Below, one piece after another: positions 13,626 through 25,005 of a DNA stretch of 64,000 bases (position 1 is its first letter; each line of letters starts with the position of its first letter). Location of the stretch: NCBI GenBank assembly GCA_000165425.1, contig CT868385.1:248001-312000 (forward strand). The letters run 5' to 3'. The DNA comes from Paramecium tetraurelia (taxonomy: Eukaryota). The notes beneath the pieces were generated by a model. The model made no database searches and had not been told where the DNA came from. It saw only the letters and a program-made list of their open reading frames with translations. The position numbers and the translations under genes were made by a program.

Positions 13626-14293
13626 TCAAAAAGCGTTGCAGCAACAGTTTTCTTATTTATCTTCGACTCGATCCTTTTAGTTCTAATTTTTCAAAGTTTA
13701 TGGATTCTTTTATTTATGTTCATATCCCTATTTTATAGCCTCTTCAAATAACTCCTTTAAACCTTCCTAGGTCAAAGCTGAGCATTCTTTGTAAACTAAA
13801 TTTTAGGATTTAAATTCCTCAGAAGCCTATTAGATATCTATAGAGATTATACTTCTTCAAATTTTACATGCTTTTAGGATATTTCATTTCTACAATCTAT
13901 CTTATTGCCCACTACAAGTTTTGGTATATTCTTTAAATCTCCTTGGCCTTAATTCTGGGTACCACTTATTTTTCGCATTATCAAATGATGATTTATCCAC
14001 TACAGAGAATACTATTAAGAAGACATCGGCCTATGAATAAGATAAGGTTCTAAGTTTATCATAAGTTTCCTAGCCAGCAGTATCCCAAAGACTTAAATTA
14101 ATTTGTTTTCCATCAAGAGAAACAGATGTGATGTAATTCTCAAAAACAGTGGGAACATACTCAGTTGGAAATTTATCCGTAGTGTAACTTGAATTTTTTA
14201 TAAAGTTTACCTTAGCAAAATGCAGGTCTTGCCAACACTACCATCCCCAATGACTACCAGCTTGATTGATAAGGGTTCTCTACTCAAGTCCAT
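13626..14293 (-). CDS. Rho/Rac-family small GTPase with an apparent 1-nt frameshift
   Basis: [43 protein letters not shown] and C-terminal CAAX (CCCNAF*). The frame breaks after WYPEL at about 13946-13952. Confidence 0.9.
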
Positions 14294-14326
14294 TTTATTA
14301 AATAAATATAGAATTATTTTATGTAA

Positions 14327-15155
14327 TCATTATATTAAATCAATTTCTACTAGGCCAGATGATGATCCTAAAATTTAAAAATCTATTTAAAAATTAATGA
14401 ATGAACTTTTACTCCGATTCTATTGGATAGGCAATGCATATATTCTCTACGCCTCTTGACTTGATTTAAGATGTCCTTATTCAATTTTATCTGCATCAAT
14501 AACTTGTTATCCTCTTCTTTTTATTACTGGTCTCATGCCTGTAACTTCATACATAATTGCCAAATTACTAGAGTCGCCTTTCTTTAAGGACTTATCTTTT
14601 GAATAACGCTAAGATCTATTATCTAAAATATAGTTAGGAAGTACTAGAACGTTGAAGTATCAACACAAAATCCTTGACTATGGTATAGAAATAATACTCG
14701 ATAAAATTCCATATGATGGCTGTGATTATTATAGCGACAAAGACATCAACTACACAATAATCTGATCTTGCTTCTTTTTAATCCTAAATATTAGGGTTAT
14801 TACATCTTTGAAGATAAGGGTGCAATTTATTATAGGGGCAACCAATCTATCAAAAGTATTGCAAATCACAAAGAGCAATTTCAATTTCCTATAGATATAT
14901 ATGGGCTTTTTGTTATTTTATTTAAGTGCTCTCATATTGATATAAAGTGCTAGAGATGATTGAAAAACAATGAGAATGATATCCAAAATTGTAATTACAA
15001 GAGACAACGAAGTATTCCCTTTGAAACATGAATGCACATGTAATAGTTCCTAAATAATGTTATATTAAAGAACCCCAGATGATCCTGCTAATGTCCAAGT
15101 ATACAATTAAGAGGAATGCCTTTTCAGTGGGTAGACAGCAACATTTATTTTGCAT
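14327..15155 (-). CDS. Multipass membrane protein (about 4 TM), hypothetical
   Basis: MQNKCCCLPTEKAFLLIVYLDISRIIW..., several hydrophobic helices and short GT-AG introns. Confidence 0.6.
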
Positions 15156-15231
15156 AGGTGAATTTTAATAAATAGAGAAATAAATTATTAATTAAAAATA
15201 ATTTATATGCTTTTGATATATTTGGAATAGA

Positions 15232-16449
15232 TCATGCTCCTTTGAGTTATGATTTAACATACTCTTGGAATCTTGGTTGGTTGAGCAAATCTAATGCTTA
15301 TTTGGCAGCATTAATCTCTTTGTTGTATTCAGCAACAGTTGCATTGTAGACATCAGTGGCGAAGGCATAGTCATCATTTTCAGCTTACAATTATCCATTG
15401 AGGGTGGCCAAATCTTCATCAAGTTCATCAATTAAGTCAAGAGTTTATTCTTATTTGGCTATGAGTAGTTAGATTGAAATGAATACTTGTGTTGGCTTCG
15501 ATTTCAGCATTCTTAACAACAACAGCTCTTTAGAATTCAGCGTGTTCTTAGTTCAATGCAATGACTTAAGCATTATAGTCAGCAACTTATTCAGCTTCAT
15601 CAGCAGTGATTTAATTGAGTGAATCAACCAATTCAACTCTCAAGTTATTGAAGGCGACAACTATCTATAGGATATTAGGTTAGAATTACATCTCTAAGAG
15701 CACCTTAGTCAGCAAAGTTGGAATCGACTGTGATTTCCAATAAGACTTTAACAAAGATTTGGAATTAGTTGTGCTTTTTCAATGAGTTTTAGATTTTAGC
15801 CAAATTCTTTTAGACCTTCTTGACTTCAGCAAGAGATGGTGCTGCAATTGTGCTCAACAATTATAAGCATTCGTCAATAGCAGAAATAGCATCGTTGTGT
15901 TCGACAACTTCAGATTCGAATGTTTCGTGATCATTGGCTCTTTAGACTGTTGCTTATTCAAGGGTTTATCTGTTATGAGCAATGTTTTCTTATAATTATT
16001 CAAGTTAGGCAGCAAATCTTTCTCCTTATGGGATGAGGACGTTGTCATAGAAATCGTGAGCATTGAACAATTCTAAGGAAATAGTAAAACCGATAAAGTA
16101 CCTCTTTCCTTATCTTAGATTTCTTATTCGAGTCTGGCGACTTCTCTGTTGTGGACATCTGTTCTTCTGTTGAATTCATGATGAACTCCGGCCAATTCCT
16201 CTTCCATTTCACCAATCTATAAACATATTAACTCTCAATAAGTACAAGCTTCTCAATCTCAGAGTTGAGCTCAGAAAGAATACCTCCTGTTGTTAAATGG
16301 AGTTCAGCAAAGTTCAAGATGAATTTACCCCAACCAGATTGGTGGATCTAAGCAAATGCTTTTTGGTCTTTGCTTGTCCAAATTGAGGATTAGACGTTTA
16401 TGGCTGTTGAGGCTAGTACTAACAATGCACACACGGCAACTTTGAACAT
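15232..16449 (-). CDS. TMP1: Trichocyst matrix protein precursor, T1 family
   Basis: [16 protein letters not shown]...[25 protein letters not shown]...[38 protein letters not shown]...YVKSQLKGA* matches the recalled T1 precursor. Confidence 0.93.
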
Positions 16450-16501
16450 TTATTGTAATTAATAATGAATTCCTTCTAAGGATTATTTTGCTAAAAAAAG
16501 G

Positions 16502-16512
16502 CAAAAACGAAT
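16502..16512 (-). promoter_or_regulatory. Candidate TMP promoter motif ATTCGTTTTTG
   Basis: Sense-oriented, about 52 nt upstream of the T1 ATG; the same core lies upstream of the other two TMP genes. Confidence 0.45.
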
Positions 16513-16539
16513 TTTTCATTTCATATTAATTAAACATAT

Positions 16540-17398
16540 AATCACATTATTATTCAATTTTCTTAGTGTTCTTCATATTCATACAATTATATTCCGAATA
16601 AGAACATAAAATATAATTATTTTCTATCTCCATACTCCTACTTATCTAAATTTATCATCAAAAATTTTGATCCCAACTCTATTATTTTCCATCTTTCTTT
16701 ACATCTTTTACTCTGCAATAATCCCCTCTTTCTAACCAAAAACCAACAATACAATTTCCTTAACATAAACCATAAAGCCTTGCATATTTTCATTATCCAA
16801 ATTTCCCTTTATAAAAGTTTCAACCTAAACTCTTAACTCTAATAAATTCAAATTCCTCATAAAATTCTTTCCTTTCCATAAGCTCTATTTATTTAATTCT
16901 CTTTCATATCTATTTTTATAATATTTAAAACTATCATTGCTTAGTTCCCTCCTTAGTAGTTAATACCTTACCTTATCATTGTTTTTAACTCTAAAATAAA
17001 CAGAAACTGCGCTAATCATCTTCTCTCAATTCTTATCCTACTTCTATTAACAATTAACAATCGATTATTTCATTTTGCTTCTCATAATTGCATTTGACTT
17101 TATTCTCTTAAATTAATATTCCTCGACCACATGGTTCTTTTATTATTAAAATTGCAATTCAATACTACCATTCTAATTCATCCTTCTCTAATATTAATCT
17201 ATTTGACCATTCACTTAATTTCCATTTTTATACTCAGGGAACTCTAGTAAACTATTGTTAAAGAGACTCCCAAAATATTTAATCTCACATTCATACTATG
17301 TTTTAATATCGTTTAAATCTGACGTTATTTACTAAATTACTAAACTCAAATGGGTACTAATGTTATAACCAATTTTATTAATAAATCTCTTTGAACAT
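16540..17398 (-). pseudogene. Probable decayed gene forming the G-skewed tract upstream of TMP1
   Basis: ATG at 17398, a 22-nt intron-like segment and coding-like stretches, followed by TGA in all frames. The minus strand is extremely C-depleted. Confidence 0.35.
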
Positions 17399-17467
17399 AA
17401 AATTCACTAAAAATTTATAAATTTGTTAAAAAGTTAATTATAATTAAATTTATAATATTACAGTTGA

Positions 17468-18709
17468 ATGTCTTGTTATGCTAAAAACTCTTAAAATAAA
17501 TATGTTCCATTAGGTGAGGCCAATAGAAGAATGCAGACCGAAGCAGGAGATGGAGATGAACTTGAAGTATAGTAGGGAGTTCTGAAATGCAGAAATGTTT
17601 AAGACAAATAAAAGACTCCATTAAGAAATCAAAAATGGCAAAGTAAATCACCAATACTCAATGGACATCTTCCAATTGATTACTCTCTTTATACTTATAC
17701 AAACCTTTAAGTAATTGGCCAAGGATCCTTTGGAGTTGTGTACAAAGCAAAAGCAAATGAAACTGGAGAAATAGTGGCAGTAAAAAAAGTAATCTAAGAC
17801 AAAAGATATAAAAATAGAGAGATTCAAATTATGCAAGAATTAAATCATCCTAATATTGTTGAAACTAAACATGCTTATTTCTCATATGGTGACTCCTCTG
17901 ATGAGTAGTATTTGAATGTCATAATGGATTACCAACCTGAAACAATACATTCCTATAATACTAAGTTCCTTAAATAATAACAATTGATTCCATAAATATA
18001 AGCTAAACTCTACTCTTATCAAATCCTTCGTGGTCTTGCTTATTTACATAACAAGGGAGTCTGTCATCGAGATATCAAACCTGATAATGTATTAATAAAC
18101 CCTGAGTCTAACATTCTTAAATTATGTGATTTTGGAAGTGCCAAAAAATTAAGTTCGTTGGAATAAAATATCTCTTATATTTGTTCAAGAAGTTATAGAG
18201 CTCCTGAATTACTATTTGGAGCCACCAATTATAGCTCTCAAGTAGACATGTGGTCTGTAGGTTGCGTAATAGCAGAAATGTTTAATGGATTACCGTTATT
18301 TTTAGGTACATCAGCTGTTGATTAATTGGTTGAAATTATTAAGGTTCTAGGATCTCCAAGTAAGGAGGAGGTTATATCAATGAATAAGGAATATGATATC
18401 AAATAATATAATATAGTTCAAATCAGAAAGAAAGATTGGGCAAATGTGTTTGTAAATCAAATAGATCCTCTTGCAGTTGATTTAGTAAGTAAAATTTTAA
18501 CATATTGTCCTAAAACAAGATTATCAGCAATCTAAGCATTGGCACATAGTTATTTTGATGACTTCAGAGATGAGAACATGTTAAAAATTTATGAGAAAAA
18601 CATAAAAATTCCTAATTTATTTGATTTTACAAAGGAAGAGTTGCAAAATAATTAATAATTGGTTAATAAATTAATTCCAAGATGGTATGATAAAAGAAAC
18701 AAATAATGA
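17468..18709 (+). CDS. GSK3: Glycogen synthase kinase 3 / Shaggy-like kinase (apparently intronless)
   Basis: [69 protein letters not shown]. Confidence 0.95.
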
Positions 18710-18817
18710 CATATTTTATATTTTGTTTTCTATTTTTTTAAAATTTCAACACCAGAAATTAAAAGGCATCATTATTAAAAGGGGATATAATCTATTATTA
18801 TTACAAATTAAATAAAA

Positions 18818-19765
18818 ATGAATATAAACGAACTCAACCACTTGATATAAAAATGTTATAGCATAGAAAAACAATTAGGAGGGAATGCAGAAGCCAGTAT
18901 ATATAATTGTATTATCAAAAAGCCAAAAATGTCTAAAAGTCAAGAGAATTTGATGTTATTAAAGATTTGTTAGTTGCTAAGATATTTCAAATTAGCAAAC
19001 TATAAGATTAAAGAGACGAAAAAATGGCTAAGTATGGGAATGATAGAGATTAAATTGCTATGGGTAAATAGTTTGAATATATTGTTGAATAGGAGTGTAA
19101 ATAAGAGATGAAATTCATGAAGTTGATAGAATGATCAAGCAAATGGGTGAATCTCTAGAAAGGATGAGCAGAAAAGTAAAGCAATATTCACCTCAAGAAA
19201 TCGAACTTAGAGCTAAGATTTTACAAAAATATAAACAGAATGTTGAGAATTTAAAATTAAGAGAATAAGGGGAGCGTGCAGAAGACACAGAAAACGAAAA
19301 ACCATTACTTCTAAAAGATTTATAATAATGTAATTTAAATATGAATTATAATCTATTTAGAGCTTTACAAAAACAAACCAAATAGAGAAGTTGTTTATCA
19401 AATTACAAAAGACGAATAGGAAGCTTTGGATCGATTTGCTAAAAACGATGAAATAATAGATGGAAAATTAGATGTAATTATTGATGGAATGGGCTAATTG
19501 AATCATAAAGTACAAGTTTAAGGACAGGTAATTATTATTATATAAATGTTTTCATTAGAAAATTGATTAAACAAAAGTTCAAATCAAACAAACGGATAAA
19601 CAGGTTGATAAAACCAATAAAACATTATAGCACTCCAATAAATAATTAAAAGAACTTCTCATAAAATTTAGATAACCAAACAAATTTTGTTTAGATATCA
19701 CACTCTTTTTATTATTCTTAGGAATAATTGGTGTAATAGTCAATATGTTTTATTCTAAAAAATGA
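18818..19765 (+). CDS. Qc-SNARE, SYP7-like, C-terminal TM anchor
   Basis: Helical N-terminus, SNARE heptads DEIIDGKLDVIIDGMGQL...QVDKTNKTLQHSNKQLKELL, then RQPNKFCLDITLFLLFLGIIGVIVNMF. Confidence 0.8.
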
Positions 19766-20077
19766 CAAATGATTTTGCTTCAAATTTATTCATAATCTGA
19801 TAAATTAATAAAAAGTCTTTATTAATCTTCTTTATCTATTAATATAAACATGAGTATCCTAAAATTTATTATTAATTGAATTTGAATTATTTAATTCATC
19901 ATGATCTGAATTTTATTTAAATTCTCGATTTAATCACATTTTAGTTAACAAACAAATAGCAATAAATTATTTTCAAAATAACTGTATGAAATAACGATGC
20001 AATTTACATTAATTAAATGATAAAAGACCAATTGAATTTGATTAATATATGATCCTAATAATTGTTTTATTTAATTT

Positions 20078-20425
20078 ATGAGACTATATATAATACTAAG
20101 CTTGTACTTCTTATTAACAAAAGAGCAAATGACTTATGAAGAATGTAAGAGAGACTGCACTATGGATTGGTTAGATTGTGTGAGTGGTTGTGATAGTATA
20201 GGAAATCCTTCATTTTGCCATAAAAATTGTCAAAAGTATAAAATAAAAAATTTATTCAGTGTAGTGCACTCATGCTTAGATGAATGCCCAAAAATTATTT
20301 GTATAGATGATTGCAGAATCAGCTTAGAGTAATGTAGGAAAAATGGCAAAGGAGTTTGTGAAATATTGTTTAACCAATGTGAGTTGAATTGTCAAGACAC
20401 TTATAACTTAAAGGAAGACATATGA
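20078..20425 (+). CDS. Small secreted 14-Cys protein with CX3C-X6-CX3C repeats
   Basis: Signal-like MRLYIILSLYFLLTK. Removing the 24-nt intron 20236-20259 restores the C-X6-C spacing. TGA at 20423-20425. Confidence 0.8.
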
Positions 20426-21593
20426 AGATTATATATTCGAGATAAACTCTTGATTTTTATAAAAATTGTGGTTATTGAAACTATTCTTTCTTTTTTCTGC
20501 CTTCCTCATGATATCTATAAATCCCTATTTTTAGTGATTGAGCTGCATTCCAATGACTTAGAAAGACAAATTAATATACTTGGGTCTACGATACTATTGG
20601 AAACTATTTTATTGATATGATAATAAATGGATTGAAGAAGACATTAGAAATTTAAGGAGTGTTCAGAAATTGATATTTTAATCATCAGAATTAACTAAAA
20701 GTTAGCATTGTTTTAACATATTATATAATTTACTTAATCTTAAAAATAATTAAATATATAAGACTAATACCATTATTATTAATAAAATTCAAAAACAGAT
20801 TTTGCCAATCAATTAACTATCCAGTGGTTAATATTCATTAAACCATTTTAATCCAATAAATATTAAAGTTTTCTTCAAAATTTGTTTGATAATGAAGCAT
20901 AATGAAGAAATAAGTATTGTTATAATAACTCCAAATTGTTACTAAACACAGTTTTGTTTTGGTTATCTTTAATAACTACATTAAAATTAACGCTAAACTT
21001 TATTAATTATGAGATATTTTTTCGTTAAGTATAAATCTATGTAGGTGTACACTAATTTATATTCCAAACTCAACATTGTGAAAGTAGAGTATTAAAATCT
21101 TGAGACTTGTATTCAATTAAAATATGACTAAAAGATTGCTAACATGATTAGTAAAATAAAAAGAATTCTTAACCAAGTAATTCCTAGAATATTGGGATTA
21201 GATGGATGAATGAATTATAATCATTCATAGGATGTCAAAAATTGTAATAATTACAAAGTTATAACTTGAAGTTGAATTTATTAGGTTTTAAGAGGAGAAT
21301 ATAATTATTAGAAAATCAAATTAAAATATTAAGAAAATCGAAATGGTTTTAAATATTTATATGCTTACTTTAAGTTAGTGTTGTTTATGAAGGTTTAAAA
21401 TGATTAATTCTTGCAGGGGTAGAGAATTAGGGTTGGATACTAAATATTTATATTTATGAGATTGAATGTTGTGATGGATTTAGTTGATAGTATGAAATTC
21501 AATGATTTTGATAGGAAGTGTGGATAAATCTAAGTTAATTAATAATTAATTAGTGATTATTGTATTATTGTATTATTAAAACGAAGAATTTAT

Positions 21594-21605
21594 ATTCCGT
21601 TTTTG
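21594..21605 (+). promoter_or_regulatory. Candidate TMP promoter motif ATTCCGTTTTTG
   Basis: Ends about 17 nt upstream of the ATG at 21623 and is followed by TATTAATAAA. Confidence 0.5.
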
Positions 21606-21622
21606 GTATTAATAAATTAATT

Positions 21623-22757
21623 ATGAGAACTCTTATTGCCCTTTGCTTAGTGGCTGCTGTCTTCGCTATTGACACAAACAAATTTGCCGTCCTCCTCCAA
21701 ACTGGTACTAGAGGAAACGATGCTGTTGAATCAGTTTACAACCTTTTGAGAGATTTGAAAACAGAAAATGTTAATGTCTAAGCTGCTGCTGATAAGAAGA
21801 ATAATACAGATGAGGGTAAAATATAAATTAAACAATAGAAATCTTTTCTTAAGTTATTGGTGACTTGACAAACGTTGCTTCCCTTAACAAATAATAATGG
21901 GAAAGATTGGGTGCCGTTCGTACTGATGTTGAAGCCTAAATTAGAGTATGCTATTTCCCCTTAAGATCTAGGATGGATATTCATGGTTGGCATGGGCTGA
22001 ATCAAGACTTGCTGAAATCGAAAGAAGAAATGCTTAACTCTAAGACTAAAGATGTTGGGCCAATGGACTCTTTGTCAAATCATTGGCTGATCACGCTGAT
22101 GCAATTGCAGTTGTTTAACTCTTATCACAAGACGTTGCTGGATGGCTCACAAACAATGCTGGTGTTGAATTAGTTCAAAAGGCTGAAACCATCGCTGACA
22201 AATTGTCTGCCTACAGTCACCTCTTCCAATAAGATGCCATGGAAAAATTCTAATCACTCGCTGAAGTTAAGAGAGACGGAACAACCGGAGAACAAGTTCT
22301 TGCCATCTTATCAGACTTATAAGCTGAATTAGAGGCAACCCTTGCTACACTCTAAGAATAAGAAATCCATGCTGCTTTCGCACTTGCTAAATACGTATCT
22401 GACACCAATGCCGAAGTTGCTTGGTTGAACTCTGAACACGAAAGAAGAACAGGTCTTGTTGAAAAATTAGAAACTGTATGAATTGTGTTTGATTATTGTT
22501 TAGCAACTCCCAGCAGTCCTTGCTCAATAAGCTAAGGCTCTCAAATTATGGAAAGACTCATTGAACGCCGTTGCTGGTGCCACTGCCGATTTGGAAGAGA
22601 AAAGAGAATTCTATGCTTCAGAAACTGCAAGAAGATAAGGTATCAATTTGATGTAAACTCTATTTTAGAGGAAAACGCTATCATCGATGTTGTCATCTAA
22701 TTGTTCAAGGATTAGGTTAGAGCCTTAGCCTCATCAACATCCCTTGGAAGAAAGTGA
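21623..22757 (+). CDS. Trichocyst matrix protein precursor (family distinct from T1 and T4)
   Basis: Signal peptide MRTLIALCLVAAVFA, short propeptide ending LLQTG, acidic coiled-coil, internal KR site (EVKRDG), 4 short introns and C-rich codon usage typical of highly expressed genes. Confidence 0.85.
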
Positions 22758-22837
22758 TTAGATTATTAATATTCAATTTAAAAATAGCAACAATTACATA
22801 ACTTCATTTAATTATTTATATATATATAATTATCAAC

Positions 22838-23473
22838 TCATTCATTTATTGGAGAGTAATCGTATTCAGCTTTATTATGCATAATCAAAGTATCGCCTAC
22901 AAAATAAAAACTGTCTGATTTAGTGTCATTAGGATTTTCAATCATTAATTATTTCTTTAATAAAGCAACATCCTTACAACATCTTCAGCGATCTCTGGGA
23001 TTGTGTAAATGTGTTCCCATGTATTTGTTGAGTTTGGAATGCAAAATGGAAATTGGAATTCATAGCTTCTCAATAAGATATTCCTGAAATAATGTCTCTC
23101 AATTATGGTAAAGTTTTTGACAATCTTATCCCCTACAGAAAATGTTAATTGAGCTCCAATCGTTTTTAATTCAAAAAATTGAGGACCAAAATGATATTTT
23201 ATTCTCCTAGCCTCATCTTGAAGTGCTGGTGGTATATTTTCTGATCAAATTAATTCCTAAATTACCAATTGATTCTTCATTAGGATCTCGCTCTACTTCA
23301 AATAACACCTATCCCGATTCCATATCTCTGATTCTGAACTTTAAGAATTAGATATTATAAATGTTTGCAGATATTGGACACAAAAATCTATTTGATAAAT
23401 TTATCAATTACTCTTTTGTAATTTCTTACAGATTTCTTACATACTCCTAATTGATTGTCAACCCTGCTTGCAT
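22838..23473 (-). CDS. UNC119: UNC119 (PDE-delta family myristoyl-cargo carrier)
   Basis: [31 protein letters not shown]...[33 protein letters not shown]...[19 protein letters not shown]. Confidence 0.95.
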
Positions 23474-23519
23474 TCAAAAATTAAATAATATAATAATAAT
23501 ATATTTATCTTATTCAATC

Positions 23520-23890
23520 ATTTTATAATTCTTTAAACAACCCATCTTGCCATACTCTACAACTCCTCTTCTAGTATTTTTACTTATTTTCTTCATGAAT
23601 TTTACAAGATCCAGTTCAACTGCATATCTCATTCGAATATCAATGTGTAGATAGTTTACATATGGGAATAATATTTATCACTTAGACATTTATATTTATA
23701 ATTTAGATTATTTTAAGTGAAATACACAAAATAATGGAGATTAAAAACTCAAAAGAAGATGGGACTCATTTCAATAATCTTATTTTGCAAAAAAGTAATT
23801 CCTAAATAGAATTATATATATCCATATTTATGTTTACTCATAGAGATAAGCATCAAATCCATAGGGATTAGATCTAGTTTCTGTATGTTA
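23520..23890 (-). pseudogene. Possible heavily decayed UBC9-like E2 remnant
   Basis: Fragments NPYGFDAY, QDY*...FQSPLF, CLS and EENKQKYQKR occur in Ubc9-like order, broken by TGA and frame changes. Confidence 0.3.
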
Positions 23891-23933
23891 ACACGTGACA
23901 ATTTGTATATATTAATGTACTTATGTTTAATAA

Positions 23934-24430
23934 TCATTTTCTTGCAGCCAAAGCTACTTAAGTTGCAATTCTATTTAAGTCTTATTATCCTTCTTTGGTA
24001 ACAATTCTAGATCCTTTCTTTAGGAGTGATTTATTGTCTTTCTTCAATACTTTAATTGATTCCAATTGTTAGAGCAAATATCTAATAACTTTTCCTGATC
24101 CTGATTCATGTTTTCCATTGTCATTGACAGATCCAAACATGTGAGTCAGATTACCAACACCCTAAAGTTATGTTGTTATAAATAGAGTACCCAATGACCT
24201 CTGACATAAATCTTTCTTGCAAGTGCTGCAGCCCTAACATACATCCAATCTTAGTCAATTGGAGAGATTTCTTTTCCAAGACCAGTTTTTACAATAGATG
24301 CCCATTCTGGGATTTTTATTTTATTATTTTTCTTTAAGTACTCTGCATATCCACGAATGAAGTCTTGTGCAGGAACATCCTTTCATAAAATTAAGTGTAA
24401 TACCTTAACTGTATAAAATGGTGCTGACAT
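23934..24430 (-). CDS. RPS19: 40S ribosomal protein S19 (eS19)
   Basis: TVKDVPAQDFIRGYAEYLKK...PEWASIVKTG...DWMYVRAAALARKIY...SGKVIRYLLQQLE...EGQQDLNRIA. Confidence 0.95.
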
Positions 24431-24976
24431 CCTATGATAAAAAAATTAAATAAATATTTTTTTGAATATTTCTTAAGATTCTTTTAATTATAAAAGGACT
24501 TAAATACTTCTCATAACATAAAATGCATAGCTAAACCTTATTAAAAAATAACATTGTATTTATAAATTAGAATTATATAATGTTAATAATTGATAATGAA
24601 AATTGGATCAACCTTGAGTCTTCTCATTAATGTGTGGAAGTGAGTGAAATGTTTTGAAAATGTTCAGTTAAATTTATCAAATAAGACTATGATATAAGAG
24701 GATAAATCATGAATTAGAATGATCTAGCGTTCAATCTGAGATTCAGAATACATGAATAGGATTAGAGATAAAATGTTTCAACGAGCAAGTTAGTGTAAAG
24801 GAGAAGGAGAAATGAAATAATATGAATACAAATAGAAGGATTAAGTATGGTGAACTTAGGATTTTTTATTGGTGAATAAAAGAGAAGGGAGATAATTAGG
24901 AAAGTTGAGAGATAGATATTTATATAATTAGATTGTAATTAATAATAATTAATTGTATATTATAAGCATTTGATCG

Positions 24977-24986
24977 ATCCGTTTTT
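24977..24986 (+). promoter_or_regulatory. Candidate TMP promoter motif ATCCGTTTTT
   Basis: Ends about 19 nt upstream of the ATG at 25006 and is followed by CATTAATAAA. Confidence 0.5.
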
Positions 24987-25005
24987 AAAACATTAATAAA
25001 AATAT

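Noticed and set aside
24590..24920. Possible decayed small-Tim-like gene upstream of the T4-like TMP
   Set aside because: It would need three of four cysteines to have mutated, which is too weak to name.
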